DNA of 64,000 nucleotides from Thermoplasmatota archaeon (GCA_025457885.1 JALOTN010000006.1:5635-69634), one strand, 5' to 3'; positions 16,007 to 25,413 are shown, counted from the stretch's first letter. Notes: generated by a model from the sequence alone, not told the origin. Numbers and translations: made by a program.

Positions 16007-16902
16007 GTTATCACCTCACATCCATCTTCTCGTACGATGACGGTGTGTTCTTTCTGAGTGACCATCCCACCTTTTGCTTCAACAAGTTGCGGGTATTGTT
16101 TCACCACACCAAGGATCATGAGTTTTTTCATTGTCAGGTCGTCTTTTGGGAACAAGGTATGGTACCATCGTTGTGCAAACGGTAATGATCCAAAATTGTT
16201 CCGTATCTTCTCACAGACGAGTTTTGTCTTGTTATCTCGGATGAATTTTGCTTTCAAGGTATCTTTACAGAGGTAAATATTGCTGCCTTGGCTGGAGGTC
16301 ACATGTCCTGCCCCGTTTGTGGCAAATGGTTCTATGGCGATTACATCACCATCATGTAACGTACTTTTCCCACCAAGTGCACCGACATTAGGGATGGAGA
16401 CTCCTGAATGAAGCTCATAGCGTTTTAACCCATGACCCATGAGGTTCTCAATGGGTTTGAAGCCATAGGAGGTTATCGTGGACTCGATAGTCTTTCCCGC
16501 CTCAGAAAGAGGCAGCTGGGTGGTGAAGACATTGATTACTTTTGTTAAGGCTTCTTCTGATGCACGGATGAGGTCTGCATACTGGTGTGTCCCCAGTTCA
16601 ATGGTCACCGCGGTATCAGCGATATACCCATCCATATGGGCTCCGACATCGAGTTTCACCACATCCCCCTTTTGGAACATCCGGGGGTCATCATGGGTAG
16701 GACTATAATGGGCAGCTAAGGAGTTGAGAGCAATGTTGACGGGGAATGCCAATCCAGCATCATTTTTGAGGATACGATCTTCAACACATGATGCCACCTC
16801 GAGTAATCGTACCCCTGGTTTAAGGAGGGAGACCCCATAGTCACGGGCTTCTGCGGCGATCCTCCCTGCTTGTTTGTATTTTTCGTAAGTTGCATTATCC
16901 AT
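16003..16902 (-). CDS. map: Methionine aminopeptidase, type 2 (archaeal)
   Basis: DVGAHMDGYIADTAVT, HGLKRYELHSG and AIEPFATNG motifs. Length 299 aa. Confidence 0.92.
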   Translation of the reverse strand: MDNATYEKYKQAGRIAAEARDYGVSLLKPGVRLLEVASCVEDRILKNDAGLAFPVNIALNSLAAHYSPTHDDPRMFQKGDVVKLDVGAHMDGYIADTAVTIELGTHQYADLIRASEEALTKVINVFTTQLPLSEAGKTIESTITSYGFKPIENLMGHGLKRYELHSGVSIPNVGALGGKSTLHDGDVIAIEPFATNGAGHVTSSQGSNIYLCKDTLKAKFIRDNKTKLVCEKIRNNFGSLPFAQRWYHTLFPKDDLTMKKLMILGVVKQYPQLVEAKGGMVTQKEHTVIVREDGCEVIT

Positions 16903-17491
16903 GTGCTATCACATCCAGAAGCTGTTTCCTACTAATAGAACCTTCGCGGAGCACCCGGGGTGACTTCCCTGAGAGGTCAATGATTGTTGATGCGATTTCT
17001 TGTCTTCGTCCATCGTGGATGCAGACGGGGAATGATGTTTTCAGCTGCTGAAGAATCTCTGTCACGAGGCTTGGTGTCTTCATCTGATGAAGATTCGCAC
17101 TTGTGACCGTCAACGGACCAAAACTGCTGAGAAGCTCTAAGGCGATCGGGTGACGCGGCACCCGGATTGCTATGGTATCAGACCCACTTGTCAGCAGAGC
17201 AGGGATTTTCGGTTTTTTTTTCAGGATAATAGTCAGTTTCCCTGGCAAGAACCTCTCGCAAATGATCCAAGATTGTTCATTCATCCAAGCGATAGATTCA
17301 ATCTCTTCGATGGAGGCGACAGCGACAGGTAAGGGAATCGAATACGGTCGGTGTTTCATCGCAAACACTTTCTTGACCGCTGCTTCATTGAAGATGTCTG
17401 CACCCAAGGCATAGAGGGTGTCGGTCGGATAAAGAATGAGCTCTCCGTGTTTCAGCGCTTGGATTGCATTGGAGATATCGTTTTTTTTCAT
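16895..17491 (-). CDS. tsaC: L-threonylcarbamoyladenylate synthase, YrdC-domain only (Sua5/TsaC family)
   Basis: LYPTDTLYALGADIFNEAAVKKVFAMKHRPYSIPLPV matches the YrdC signature. 8-nt overlap with map. Confidence 0.85.
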   Translation of the reverse strand: MKKNDISNAIQALKHGELILYPTDTLYALGADIFNEAAVKKVFAMKHRPYSIPLPVAVASIEEIESIAWMNEQSWIICERFLPGKLTIILKKKPKIPALLTSGSDTIAIRVPRHPIALELLSSFGPLTVTSANLHQMKTPSLVTEILQQLKTSFPVCIHDGRRQEIASTIIDLSGKSPRVLREGSISRKQLLDVIAHG

Positions 17492-17496
17492 GCGTC

Positions 17497-17988
17497 TTAC
17501 TTATCTGTTTTTATGAAATCACCAAGGGTGAATGTTGCAGCGGAGCCTTTCTGGGTTCCTGCTGGGACTTCTTTGACTTCTTCTAAAAGCCTGATGCTGA
17601 GTTCCTTTTCCAATTTTGCTATTGTCTGATCAGATGGCCGCAGGTCACCGTTTTCGAGTTTAGCGATTGTTACCGTCCGCTCCCCGATCTTGAACCCGAG
17701 TTCTTCCCGGCTGAGGCCTTTCTTTTTGCGGGCGTGTTCTATAAGATGGTTCCAGTCGTTCACCAGCTCTTTTTGCATCCCTTTGTCTTTGTAGATGTCC
17801 CGTTCGATGTTCAGGGTCTTCTTCAAGGGTGCTCGCTGGGGTTGTATTGGGCTGCTGGGTCGGGGTGGTTCTTGTTCCACGAATCCTTCCGCGTATTTCA
17901 TGCAGTCTGGGCAGACGAACATTTTCGCCCCATCGATGATTGCTTCTTTTCCTCCTTTACACTCTCTCCCACAAAGTTCACAAGGCAT
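17497..17988 (-). CDS. mbf1: Archaeal multiprotein bridging factor 1 (Zn-ribbon plus Cro/C1 HTH)
   Basis: N-terminal CELCG...CPDC zinc ribbon and a C-terminal HTH (LSREELGFKIGERTVTIAKLENG). Confidence 0.88.
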   Translation of the reverse strand: MPCELCGRECKGGKEAIIDGAKMFVCPDCMKYAEGFVEQEPPRPSSPIQPQRAPLKKTLNIERDIYKDKGMQKELVNDWNHLIEHARKKKGLSREELGFKIGERTVTIAKLENGDLRPSDQTIAKLEKELSIRLLEEVKEVPAGTQKGSAATFTLGDFIKTDK

Positions 17989-18019
17989 TAATAACGTCCC
18001 TCCATGAAGGTTTTCTTCG

Positions 18020-18892
18020 TTATAGCAATCCTGCCTTCTGCAGGACCATCAGATCCTCAGTGCTGAGTTTCTCTCCACGTTTGAACCGTTCGAAGATATC
18101 ATCAGCCTCTTTCTGAGCAGCAGACACGTCAGCTAATTTTTTCTTTTTCTCTTTCTTCTTTTCGCTGCTTGAGATGTTTTTCTCCAGTTCATGAATATTG
18201 TTCACATGGTCGATGAATTCTTTATGAAGTTTATCCGCCTCGATTTTTGTTACAACGATATTCTCCTGAATCTCCGTGGTGCGTTTCACAAGTTTATCCA
18301 GCTGTTTGAGCAACTCCAGCATCTCCTGGTGTTCCTCTTGTGCTTTCTTCGCCATCTTCTCAACAAGCTCATGTTGTTTCTCTGCTTTCTGCCGTGTCAG
18401 TTTCTCTTCCTCGATTGCTTTTTTCAGTTTGGGGTCTTTGTTGAGTTTCTCATCAGCTTCCTTTATCTTCAAGGCGATTCCTTTGATTGTCTCAATCAAT
18501 TTTTTTTCTTTCTGGGCAGACATGGGTTGAGTCATCTGCTCTGTTTCTAGTTTCCTGAGATATTGTTTCAACTCGTTGACGTTCACACCAGAATTCGACG
18601 CTCGTTCCCGTTCAAGCTCTTTGATTTGTTTTTTTAAATCAAGATGATGGGTTAAAAACTCGTTGCGCTGCTCTTTTGCATGCTTCACTCGTTCGTTATA
18701 CTCGTCACGTTTCTTCTTATGTTCACTGATCTGGTTACGCATCTGTCGAACCTTTGCGTTCAGCTCGTCGCGCTCGCGCGCCATTTTCTTGGATTGGTCA
18801 TGGAGCTGGTCCCTGCTTTTTTTCAAATGGTTCGCTTTCTCTTGCAGGTCGTCCTTTTTTCGGACCATGTCTTCTAGTGGTTCATCGTCCAT
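18020..18892 (-). CDS. Archaeal K/E-rich coiled-coil protein (COG1340-like), paralog 1
   Basis: 290 aa of almost continuous heptad-like K/E/Q-rich sequence. Paralogous to 27720..28616. Confidence 0.65.
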   Translation of the reverse strand: MDDEPLEDMVRKKDDLQEKANHLKKSRDQLHDQSKKMARERDELNAKVRQMRNQISEHKKKRDEYNERVKHAKEQRNEFLTHHLDLKKQIKELERERASNSGVNVNELKQYLRKLETEQMTQPMSAQKEKKLIETIKGIALKIKEADEKLNKDPKLKKAIEEEKLTRQKAEKQHELVEKMAKKAQEEHQEMLELLKQLDKLVKRTTEIQENIVVTKIEADKLHKEFIDHVNNIHELEKNISSSEKKKEKKKKLADVSAAQKEADDIFERFKRGEKLSTEDLMVLQKAGLL

Positions 18893-19047
18893 TTTCTGCC
18901 TCTTAGGTGACGGAAAAACACGGAGGTAAAATACTGGGTCTTTATTAAAAGCTTTCTGATAATTCTTCCGACTGCCTCCTGTCCTTCTTTTCTCTCGAAT
19001 GTTGAAAGTTTCTTATAAGAGTATCGGTCAATCGTTCGCATGGTTTT

Positions 19048-19584
19048 TTAGAGGAATTCGAATAAGGCCTCTGGATTTGGGTTTTTGATATGATGGTTTT
19101 TTGTTGAAAACATCGCATGCATCAGGGTGACCTTGGCAATCAGATTGGGGTATTTCTCTAATAATACCGAACTAAACTTTTTTGCATCCCGCAGCGACTT
19201 TGCTGTAAAGATGATCATCCAATCATATTCCCCATGGAGATAAAACCCATCCTCAATTAGGATTTCTAGTTTTTCGTATTCCTCGTCATACGATAAATGT
19301 GCTATTTTTTTAACAATCTCCTTGTCAACCTTGTTCATCGAACGTTTGATCAGTACGATATATCGGAGGCGCCCTTGTTTTTTCTCATCAGTAACCGCAG
19401 TATACCCCCAGATTATTCCCTCGTTCTCCAATCGTTTAATAATCCGTTGTACCTTCTGCTGAGAAAACCCACAGGATTTCGCAAGGGACTGCAGGGAGTC
19501 CTTGGAGTTTTTATGCAATGCTTTGACCACTAAAGTATCATCCTCGGAAAGAGATCCTGGGGTGTCCTTGGATTTCGGTTTCAT
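19048..19584 (-). CDS. Lrp/AsnC-family transcriptional regulator
   Basis: HTH LQSLAKSCGFSQQKVQRIIKRLENEGII followed by an RAM-like domain. ATG at 19584 (MKPKSK) is preferred within ORF 19048..19692. Confidence 0.75.
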   Translation of the reverse strand: MKPKSKDTPGSLSEDDTLVVKALHKNSKDSLQSLAKSCGFSQQKVQRIIKRLENEGIIWGYTAVTDEKKQGRLRYIVLIKRSMNKVDKEIVKKIAHLSYDEEYEKLEILIEDGFYLHGEYDWMIIFTAKSLRDAKKFSSVLLEKYPNLIAKVTLMHAMFSTKNHHIKNPNPEALFEFL

Positions 19585-19736
19585 AAGGTACCAGTGAAGC
19601 ACAACCTCTCGGAATTTAAAAGAATTTCCTCTTGGTACATCATCCGTCCCCTCCCGAAGGTCCCTCAGTCTCTTGTTATATTTATATACCAATAAAAGAT
19701 TTCTTCTCAGATACCAAGAAAAAAAAGGAAGATACT

Positions 19737-20216
19737 ATGGTTGAGGAACCACCATATATAAAAAATGAAACCGAGGGTCTTGCCTGGAGAATATCCTTAT
19801 CTATCCTTGTCGCAGTCGGATGGCTTGTGTTTCTTCTCATCTGGCTTTTCTTTTATGCGAACCAGTATCCCTGGGAGAAGAATCTCGCAGTGGTCCTTCT
19901 TTCACTTCTCATCCTCGTTGGGATCCTTGGTGGGCCGTGGGCGTACTGGGCGTTCAAAAAACAAACACCCCCTGAGAAAAACATGTGGAGGCAGAAAGGA
20001 TTTCAATGGCGATTCTGGACCTCCCTTCTCATCGGACTTGCACTCATCTGCTTCCTCATCTATTGGTTCTGGACCTATGCTGCACCATATGATGTGTATC
20101 AGAATTTCGCTATCTTCATCATCACCCTGCTCATCGCAGCGGGTCTCACCGCAGCCATGTGGGTCCCCTGGGGCATGAAATACGGTCCTGACCAGAACCA
20201 ACGGAAGAAAGAATGA
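19737..20216 (+). CDS. Small 4-TM membrane protein with internal 2+2 TM duplication
   Basis: The halves LAWRISLSILVAVGWLVFLLIWLFFYANQY... and FQWRFWTSLLIGLALICFLIYWFWTYAAPY... align. ATG at 19737 lies within ORF 19632..20216. Confidence 0.6.
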   Translation: MVEEPPYIKNETEGLAWRISLSILVAVGWLVFLLIWLFFYANQYPWEKNLAVVLLSLLILVGILGGPWAYWAFKKQTPPEKNMWRQKGFQWRFWTSLLIGLALICFLIYWFWTYAAPYDVYQNFAIFIITLLIAAGLTAAMWVPWGMKYGPDQNQRKKE

Positions 20217-20248
20217 TGTTCTTCCCCCTGTGATCCCCTCCTTTCGTG

Positions 20249-21031
20249 CTATCCGTTTTTCTTTCGTTTGTCTTGAAGGATGAAGAGACCATCGAGGAAG
20301 ACCGCAAGAATCCCTGTGATAAACACCATATCAAAGACGCTTGCTCCCCCGATCACCGCACTACGCAATGTTGGTGTCTCCTGCTGAAGCAGACTCATCA
20401 GATGTAACCCGTCTGCACCAATGAGGACCCCCAGAGTGCCGATGGAATATGCCAGTGGTGCTGCTTTCTTTTTCTCCCTCCAAACCAACGCCACAGACGT
20501 AATACTTGCGACAAGAATCGGTAGAATCCAATAGGGGAAAACGGAGACGATCCCCTTCTCAGGATCTGGGAATGTGACAAAAAAAGTAACAACCGTGACG
20601 ATACCAATCCCTAAAAAAACCTTCAGAAGTCGCAGGTGATTCTTCCATATAAGAAAACAACTCAATACTATAGGGATCACCGCGCCCCCTATGTTAATCC
20701 CAACTATCCAGTCCGTCTGATATTGAAACAATGGAATATTTGAGAGTGGTATCCCAAGATACTCATCGAGAAGGCCAGATCCTACTAAAAATGAAACAAA
20801 AACGATTAGGATAGCCTCCAGGGTGGAAAACCCCATATCGTTGAATGCCTTGGTAATAATTAGATATACAAAATATAGCACGAGGAGCGGGAGAAGCGCA
20901 AGGAGAAGATACTGCATGATTAGATCGATTATTATTGCACAAACGACCACCCGAGCCACCTTGAGTATTGAGATGAACGGATTCTTTATATACTTGCTGA
21001 GGCAAAAAACAAATGATTCTTTCTCCTCCAC
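20249..21031 (-). CDS. DUF1614-family membrane protein
   Basis: Polytopic, with NIGGAVIPIVLS and GTLGVLIGADGLHL motifs as I recall for DUF1614. Confidence 0.6.
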   Translation of the reverse strand: MEEKESFVFCLSKYIKNPFISILKVARVVVCAIIIDLIMQYLLLALLPLLVLYFVYLIITKAFNDMGFSTLEAILIVFVSFLVGSGLLDEYLGIPLSNIPLFQYQTDWIVGINIGGAVIPIVLSCFLIWKNHLRLLKVFLGIGIVTVVTFFVTFPDPEKGIVSVFPYWILPILVASITSVALVWREKKKAAPLAYSIGTLGVLIGADGLHLMSLLQQETPTLRSAVIGGASVFDMVFITGILAVFLDGLFILQDKRKKNG

Positions 21032-21122
21032 TGAAAGAGGGTTTTCAAAGAAAAAAAAGGAAATGATTCAAGGAGACTGGTTATTCCCCTTTTAGTGGAT
21101 ATTTTTATTACTATAATCGAAA

Positions 21123-21134
21123 CATATATATAAT
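21123..21134 (+). promoter_or_regulatory. TATA-box-like element upstream of the 21173 gene
   Basis: catatatataat lies 39-50 nt upstream of the ATG. AGGGGG lies 8 nt upstream of the ATG (SD-like). Confidence 0.35.
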
Positions 21135-21172
21135 GGCCAGTCATATAATCATTACATTCAAAGGGGGCAAAT

Positions 21173-24100
21173 ATGAGTAATACAAAATATTTTAAAAAGT
21201 CAAAAATTCAGGCAGTTGTCATAGCGCTCTTATTTGTAGGAACAGTACTTATCCCTATAAATAGCATCGCTGCGAACCCAACCTCACCAAATGATACCTC
21301 GAAAAAGAATTATTTTACAGAAGACAATGAAGGAACTTTCATCCTAGATCGAAGTTATTACCTGATGGATGAAAACCCAGCATCTATGGGCACTGCGGAC
21401 AATGATGACGCAGGATATAAGAAAGACGCTGGATTGGATCTCCCCAGATCCTTAGCCCTTTATCCAGGAGAACTGATCGATGAGACACCTGGTCGTGGGA
21501 GATTTGGGAAAATCTCTTCTACGGATAACAGCGATTGGTTTTTCTTCTCCGTCTGTCAAGGACAACAGATTGTCTTTACCGTCACACCACCCTCAGGGTT
21601 TGATGTAAACCTTTCCTTATGGACCTCCGCAGGAGTCATGATGACTTCCTCAAACAACTCCGGAAGTGTCCCAGAGACAATCACCTATACCGCCGCCTAT
21701 ACCGGAAAATGGTATATCTGGATTAAATACGTCAGTGGAAGCGGCACAGGAAGATACTCGTTTGCAGTAAGTTTCACAAATCAAAATGATGCGAACAGCG
21801 GTGCTGACGCCCCGAATGTTCGAACCTCCGCACTGCTCCTCACACCAGGGACCTATTTCGGATTCGTCGATATGAACGACCCCTATGACTGGTATAAGAT
21901 ACAAGCCACAACCGGTCAAGGCATCAACGTTTCATTAAAGATGAAGGACCTCTCGTATCTTACCGATTTTGATCTTCAACTATATAATCCAAGTGGTGCC
22001 CTCGTCTTCGAAGGCAACCAATACTACGATGATGTCTTCAGCTATCCAGCCGACGTCACGGGACAATGGAGCGTCCGTGTGGATATCTTCCCTGGATGGG
22101 TTGATTGTCCTGCACCAACCGAATGGAGTTACTACTCCTATGGTTCTGGAGCTTACAACCTGACCTTAAAACTAGATACCAGTGGAGTTACTCCACCTGG
22201 GCCAATCCCACAAAAGGACATCACCCCTATCGCGAAGACCTACAAGGTCGTTAATGATGCTTCCAGCACCAAAGATGACTTCGCATACCTTGCAGCAATC
22301 CCAGCTTGTAACTACCTTGATGGCGGTCAACGCTATGTAGCACCTATTATTTACACAGGAGACACCACACCAACTGCATACTACGATGATGAGACCTCCT
22401 TTGGGACCGTGGATGATACCACCCAGTACCTCGTTGATGATTGGAATACCTATCTTGCATTATTCGGTAAAACCCCAGAACAATATACCCTAGCAGCCGA
22501 CCCGATCCAAGCCGCAGCTGATATCGCCACACGAGATTGGACGTCTTCCCAAACCGCGGTAGTCGCCGTCGATGGATCTGGTTTTGAAGATACTGTAAAA
22601 ACCGTTCTGAAACGAACCGCGACCCTGAAACGACAGTCAAGTGTTGAGACCGTCACTGGAGATAGCACTAAAATAAGAAGTATTGGAGGGTCGTATGGAT
22701 ACCCGATTTTCCTTGGACCAAAATGGTGCGCCCTGAACGTCAGCATGTATGGAGCTGGAGGAGCAACCCCTACCATTGGTGCAATACTCCCCTTATACAT
22801 GACCATGGCACAGGATTGGTGGCCAATCCCCAACGATGAGACCGTGGGACCTAGAGATGACATGTTCTACCCCGTGAACCGCATGGGAATCTGGGTCGCT
22901 GGAACCGATATCGTCAACCCTGGATGGACCTTGAATGTCACAAAAATCGCTGGAGACCGCTATCGATTCAAGGTCGCCAATGCAGACTCCGTCATCAATG
23001 CAGTAATCACCACTACTGAAGCATCTGATTTGTTAGTCTTCCTCATCGACCCACAGGGTAACCTTCGAGCACCAACCATGCCCGCCTGGAATGGGCCCGT
23101 CAGTCCTATCCATGTCTGGAATGGACTGGAGAACCCACCATCTAACCCCTGGAGATGCTGGAGGCCTGCTCCTCACACAGAATTCTCCGCTGAAGTCCTC
23201 CACCCTGAGACAGGGTTATGGACCGCGATTGTCGTACCTCGTGATGTTGGTGGTTCTAATACGAAATATACTCTCACCGTCGATGTTCGAACCGTCAACT
23301 CTGACCGTTCTGATGCGGAGATCTCCGCTGCGAACGCGGCAGTGATTGCCTCATTGAACCACTACCCGTTACTCTATGTCAACGCGGATAGTATCCCTGC
23401 GGCAACCGCAAGTGCATTCACCACTCTTGGAGTCACCAAGGTTATTTTCGTTGAACGTGGGGAAATCGGCGCAGTCGTCCGAACAAGCCTTCCAACCGTC
23501 GAAAAGGACCTGAAGACCCAACAGGAAATTGTTGATGAGATTAAGAGCTACCCTGCTTCTGAAAACTATGTCACAGCCACCTCCACAAAGACTGGGGAAG
23601 GATACTTTGCCTCAGCAGCAATGCTTGCTGCATACCACGGTGCCCCCGTCATCCGAGTCGAGGATGCACCAGATGGTGATCCCGCTGCGGTCGCACAACG
23701 AATCCACACCTGGCAACGCTGGGATGGAGATTTCTACCATGGATCCCGATCCACAGGGCATCTCCCACAAGCAGATGCACCTGTTGAACAGAACAGACTC
23801 AAAGTCTACATGACCTTGATACGGTTCTTCCTTGGTCAAAACGTCTCAGTCCCACCCTATGGACTTGATGCGAAACGCTACTGGAATGAAGAGATGTACA
23901 CCAAATTCCACAACTACATCGTTAGCCTAGGTCTGGACCTTGACGGCCAAGAAGGATACGTCACCGTCGCACCACGAGACGACATCACCCTTGAATTACA
24001 CTCCGCTCTCATGGGAAACAACTCCTATGCTGGTGACATCCCTGGAATTACCCCAGCATATTCCAGTGACATTGTAGTCCGAAACATTCTCTACCCTGCA

Positions 24101-24892
24101 TTGATTTTCGCCAACCCCAACCGGAACACCACCACAACACAACTGATGAACTACCCGGATGGTGGCTCCTGGCGGACCAACGATGGGAAAACTACACCTT
24201 CCTTCTCTAGCCGGGACGTCAAGAACTCGTTTAGCTCCCATCTCAGGACCTATGAAGGTCACTGTCTCTGGGTCGCTCACCTTGAACGAATGAACGAAGG
24301 TGCCAGTGCCATGTATTACTCAGGGCATGGAACCGGAGGTAGCGGTGTTTCTGCCCAATATGTCCAAACAGAGCACTGTAACTATCCGGAGCAAATCTGG
24401 TGGGACGCCTGGCGTGGATACATGTTCGACAACTGGAAGACCTCTCGAGACACTGGGATGGTATGGTACAATGCAGAACCACCAACTCTCTACGATATCA
24501 TCCACTACAAATGGGTCGATCAGCTGTTGGAGAACCTCCGCAGTCAAGCAACCTTCTACATGTCCTGCACCAGTGCAGATGGAGACATGCCGATGATCTA
24601 CCTTGATCATGGGTCTGTCTGCGTGTATGGGAATGCTGGAACCGGGTTGTGCCCCGAGGCGGACTTACAGGATGACCTGTTCTTCAGAGACGTCATGATC
24701 GATGGAGAACCAATCGGTCCTGCCTACACAAAACAAGTCTGGCTGCACTTCAGAGACTTCACCACCAGTGACCCGACCGCGATGTATGGGACATCATCCA
24801 TGCAGGTCACCACGATTCAGTGTATCTATGGTGACCCAAGTCTCATCGTCTACAGTCCTGAGTGGACAGCACCAGTACCCATTGATGCGTAA
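21173..24892 (+). CDS. Large secreted mosaic protein: 2x PPC-like domains, CWB2-like region, C-terminal clan-CD (C25-like) domain
   Basis: Signal/anchor VVIALLFVGTVLIPINSIAA. PPC-like DNSDWFFFSVCQGQQIVFTV and DPYDWYKIQATTGQGINVSL. CWB2-like YVTATSTKTGEGYFASAAMLAAYHGAPVIRV. His/Cys dyad AMYYSGHGTGGSG ... ATFYMSCTSADGD. Confidence 0.65.
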   Translation: MSNTKYFKKSKIQAVVIALLFVGTVLIPINSIAANPTSPNDTSKKNYFTEDNEGTFILDRSYYLMDENPASMGTADNDDAGYKKDAGLDLPRSLALYPGELIDETPGRGRFGKISSTDNSDWFFFSVCQGQQIVFTVTPPSGFDVNLSLWTSAGVMMTSSNNSGSVPETITYTAAYTGKWYIWIKYVSGSGTGRYSFAVSFTNQNDANSGADAPNVRTSALLLTPGTYFGFVDMNDPYDWYKIQATTGQGINVSLKMKDLSYLTDFDLQLYNPSGALVFEGNQYYDDVFSYPADVTGQWSVRVDIFPGWVDCPAPTEWSYYSYGSGAYNLTLKLDTSGVTPPGPIPQKDITPIAKTYKVVNDASSTKDDFAYLAAIPACNYLDGGQRYVAPIIYTGDTTPTAYYDDETSFGTVDDTTQYLVDDWNTYLALFGKTPEQYTLAADPIQAAADIATRDWTSSQTAVVAVDGSGFEDTVKTVLKRTATLKRQSSVETVTGDSTKIRSIGGSYGYPIFLGPKWCALNVSMYGAGGATPTIGAILPLYMTMAQDWWPIPNDETVGPRDDMFYPVNRMGIWVAGTDIVNPGWTLNVTKIAGDRYRFKVANADSVINAVITTTEASDLLVFLIDPQGNLRAPTMPAWNGPVSPIHVWNGLENPPSNPWRCWRPAPHTEFSAEVLHPETGLWTAIVVPRDVGGSNTKYTLTVDVRTVNSDRSDAEISAANAAVIASLNHYPLLYVNADSIPAATASAFTTLGVTKVIFVERGEIGAVVRTSLPTVEKDLKTQQEIVDEIKSYPASENYVTATSTKTGEGYFASAAMLAAYHGAPVIRVEDAPDGDPAAVAQRIHTWQRWDGDFYHGSRSTGHLPQADAPVEQNRLKVYMTLIRFFLGQNVSVPPYGLDAKRYWNEEMYTKFHNYIVSLGLDLDGQEGYVTVAPRDDITLELHSALMGNNSYAGDIPGITPAYSSDIVVRNILYPALIFANPNRNTTTTQLMNYPDGGSWRTNDGKTTPSFSSRDVKNSFSSHLRTYEGHCLWVAHLERMNEGASAMYYSGHGTGGSGVSAQYVQTEHCNYPEQIWWDAWRGYMFDNWKTSRDTGMVWYNAEPPTLYDIIHYKWVDQLLENLRSQATFYMSCTSADGDMPMIYLDHGSVCVYGNAGTGLCPEADLQDDLFFRDVMIDGEPIGPAYTKQVWLHFRDFTTSDPTAMYGTSSMQVTTIQCIYGDPSLIVYSPEWTAPVPIDA

Positions 24893-24907
24893 AAACGCAT
24901 CACCCTC

Positions 24908-24944
24908 TTTTTTTCTTTTTTTTTTCTAACTTTTTTGTTTTTTT
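24908..24944 (+). terminator. T-rich tract after the 21173..24892 gene
   Basis: Several oligo(T) runs (T7, T11, T6, T7) begin 16 nt after the stop. Confidence 0.5.
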
Positions 24945-25003
24945 GAAAACACACCTGTGAATTACGAAGAAGAATTAAGCAAAAAAAAAATGGTAAAGAG
25001 ATG

Positions 25004-25411
25004 TTATCGTTGTTTTTTGAATTTATACCCGTAGTAGATCGCACCGGTTCTTCCGTCTTGTTGGATTTTCCTAAACGTGCTTTCGACTTTCATACCGATC
25101 TTAATCTCATCAAGGGGACAATCTACGATCTGCGCGGTTATCTGTGGCCCTTCCTCGAGTCTAATGATTGCGATGGGATAGGGTGTTTGCTCCTCAAAGC
25201 CGCTGGGACCGACATGAATAATACTATAGGTGATGACTTCTCCTTTCCCTGAGAATTTTAGGTCCTTCATTTTCCCGATGCTTTTCCGTCGACATATCGG
25301 ACAGGATTCCCGGGGTGGGAAAAACATCCTGCTGCAGACTTCACATTTGTTCCCCATGAAGTTATACCGCTGAGGGATCTCCCTCCAGAACCGTGCGACA
25401 CCTTCCTTCAT
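25004..25411 (-). CDS. DUF35 OB-fold/Zn-ribbon protein (thiolase/HMGCS complex scaffold)
   Basis: CEVCSRMFFPPRESCPICRRK rubredoxin-like ribbon followed by an OB-fold. Lies immediately downstream of the thiolase gene. Confidence 0.85.
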   Translation of the reverse strand: MKEGVARFWREIPQRYNFMGNKCEVCSRMFFPPRESCPICRRKSIGKMKDLKFSGKGEVITYSIIHVGPSGFEEQTPYPIAIIRLEEGPQITAQIVDCPLDEIKIGMKVESTFRKIQQDGRTGAIYYGYKFKKQR

Positions 25412-25413
25412 TG

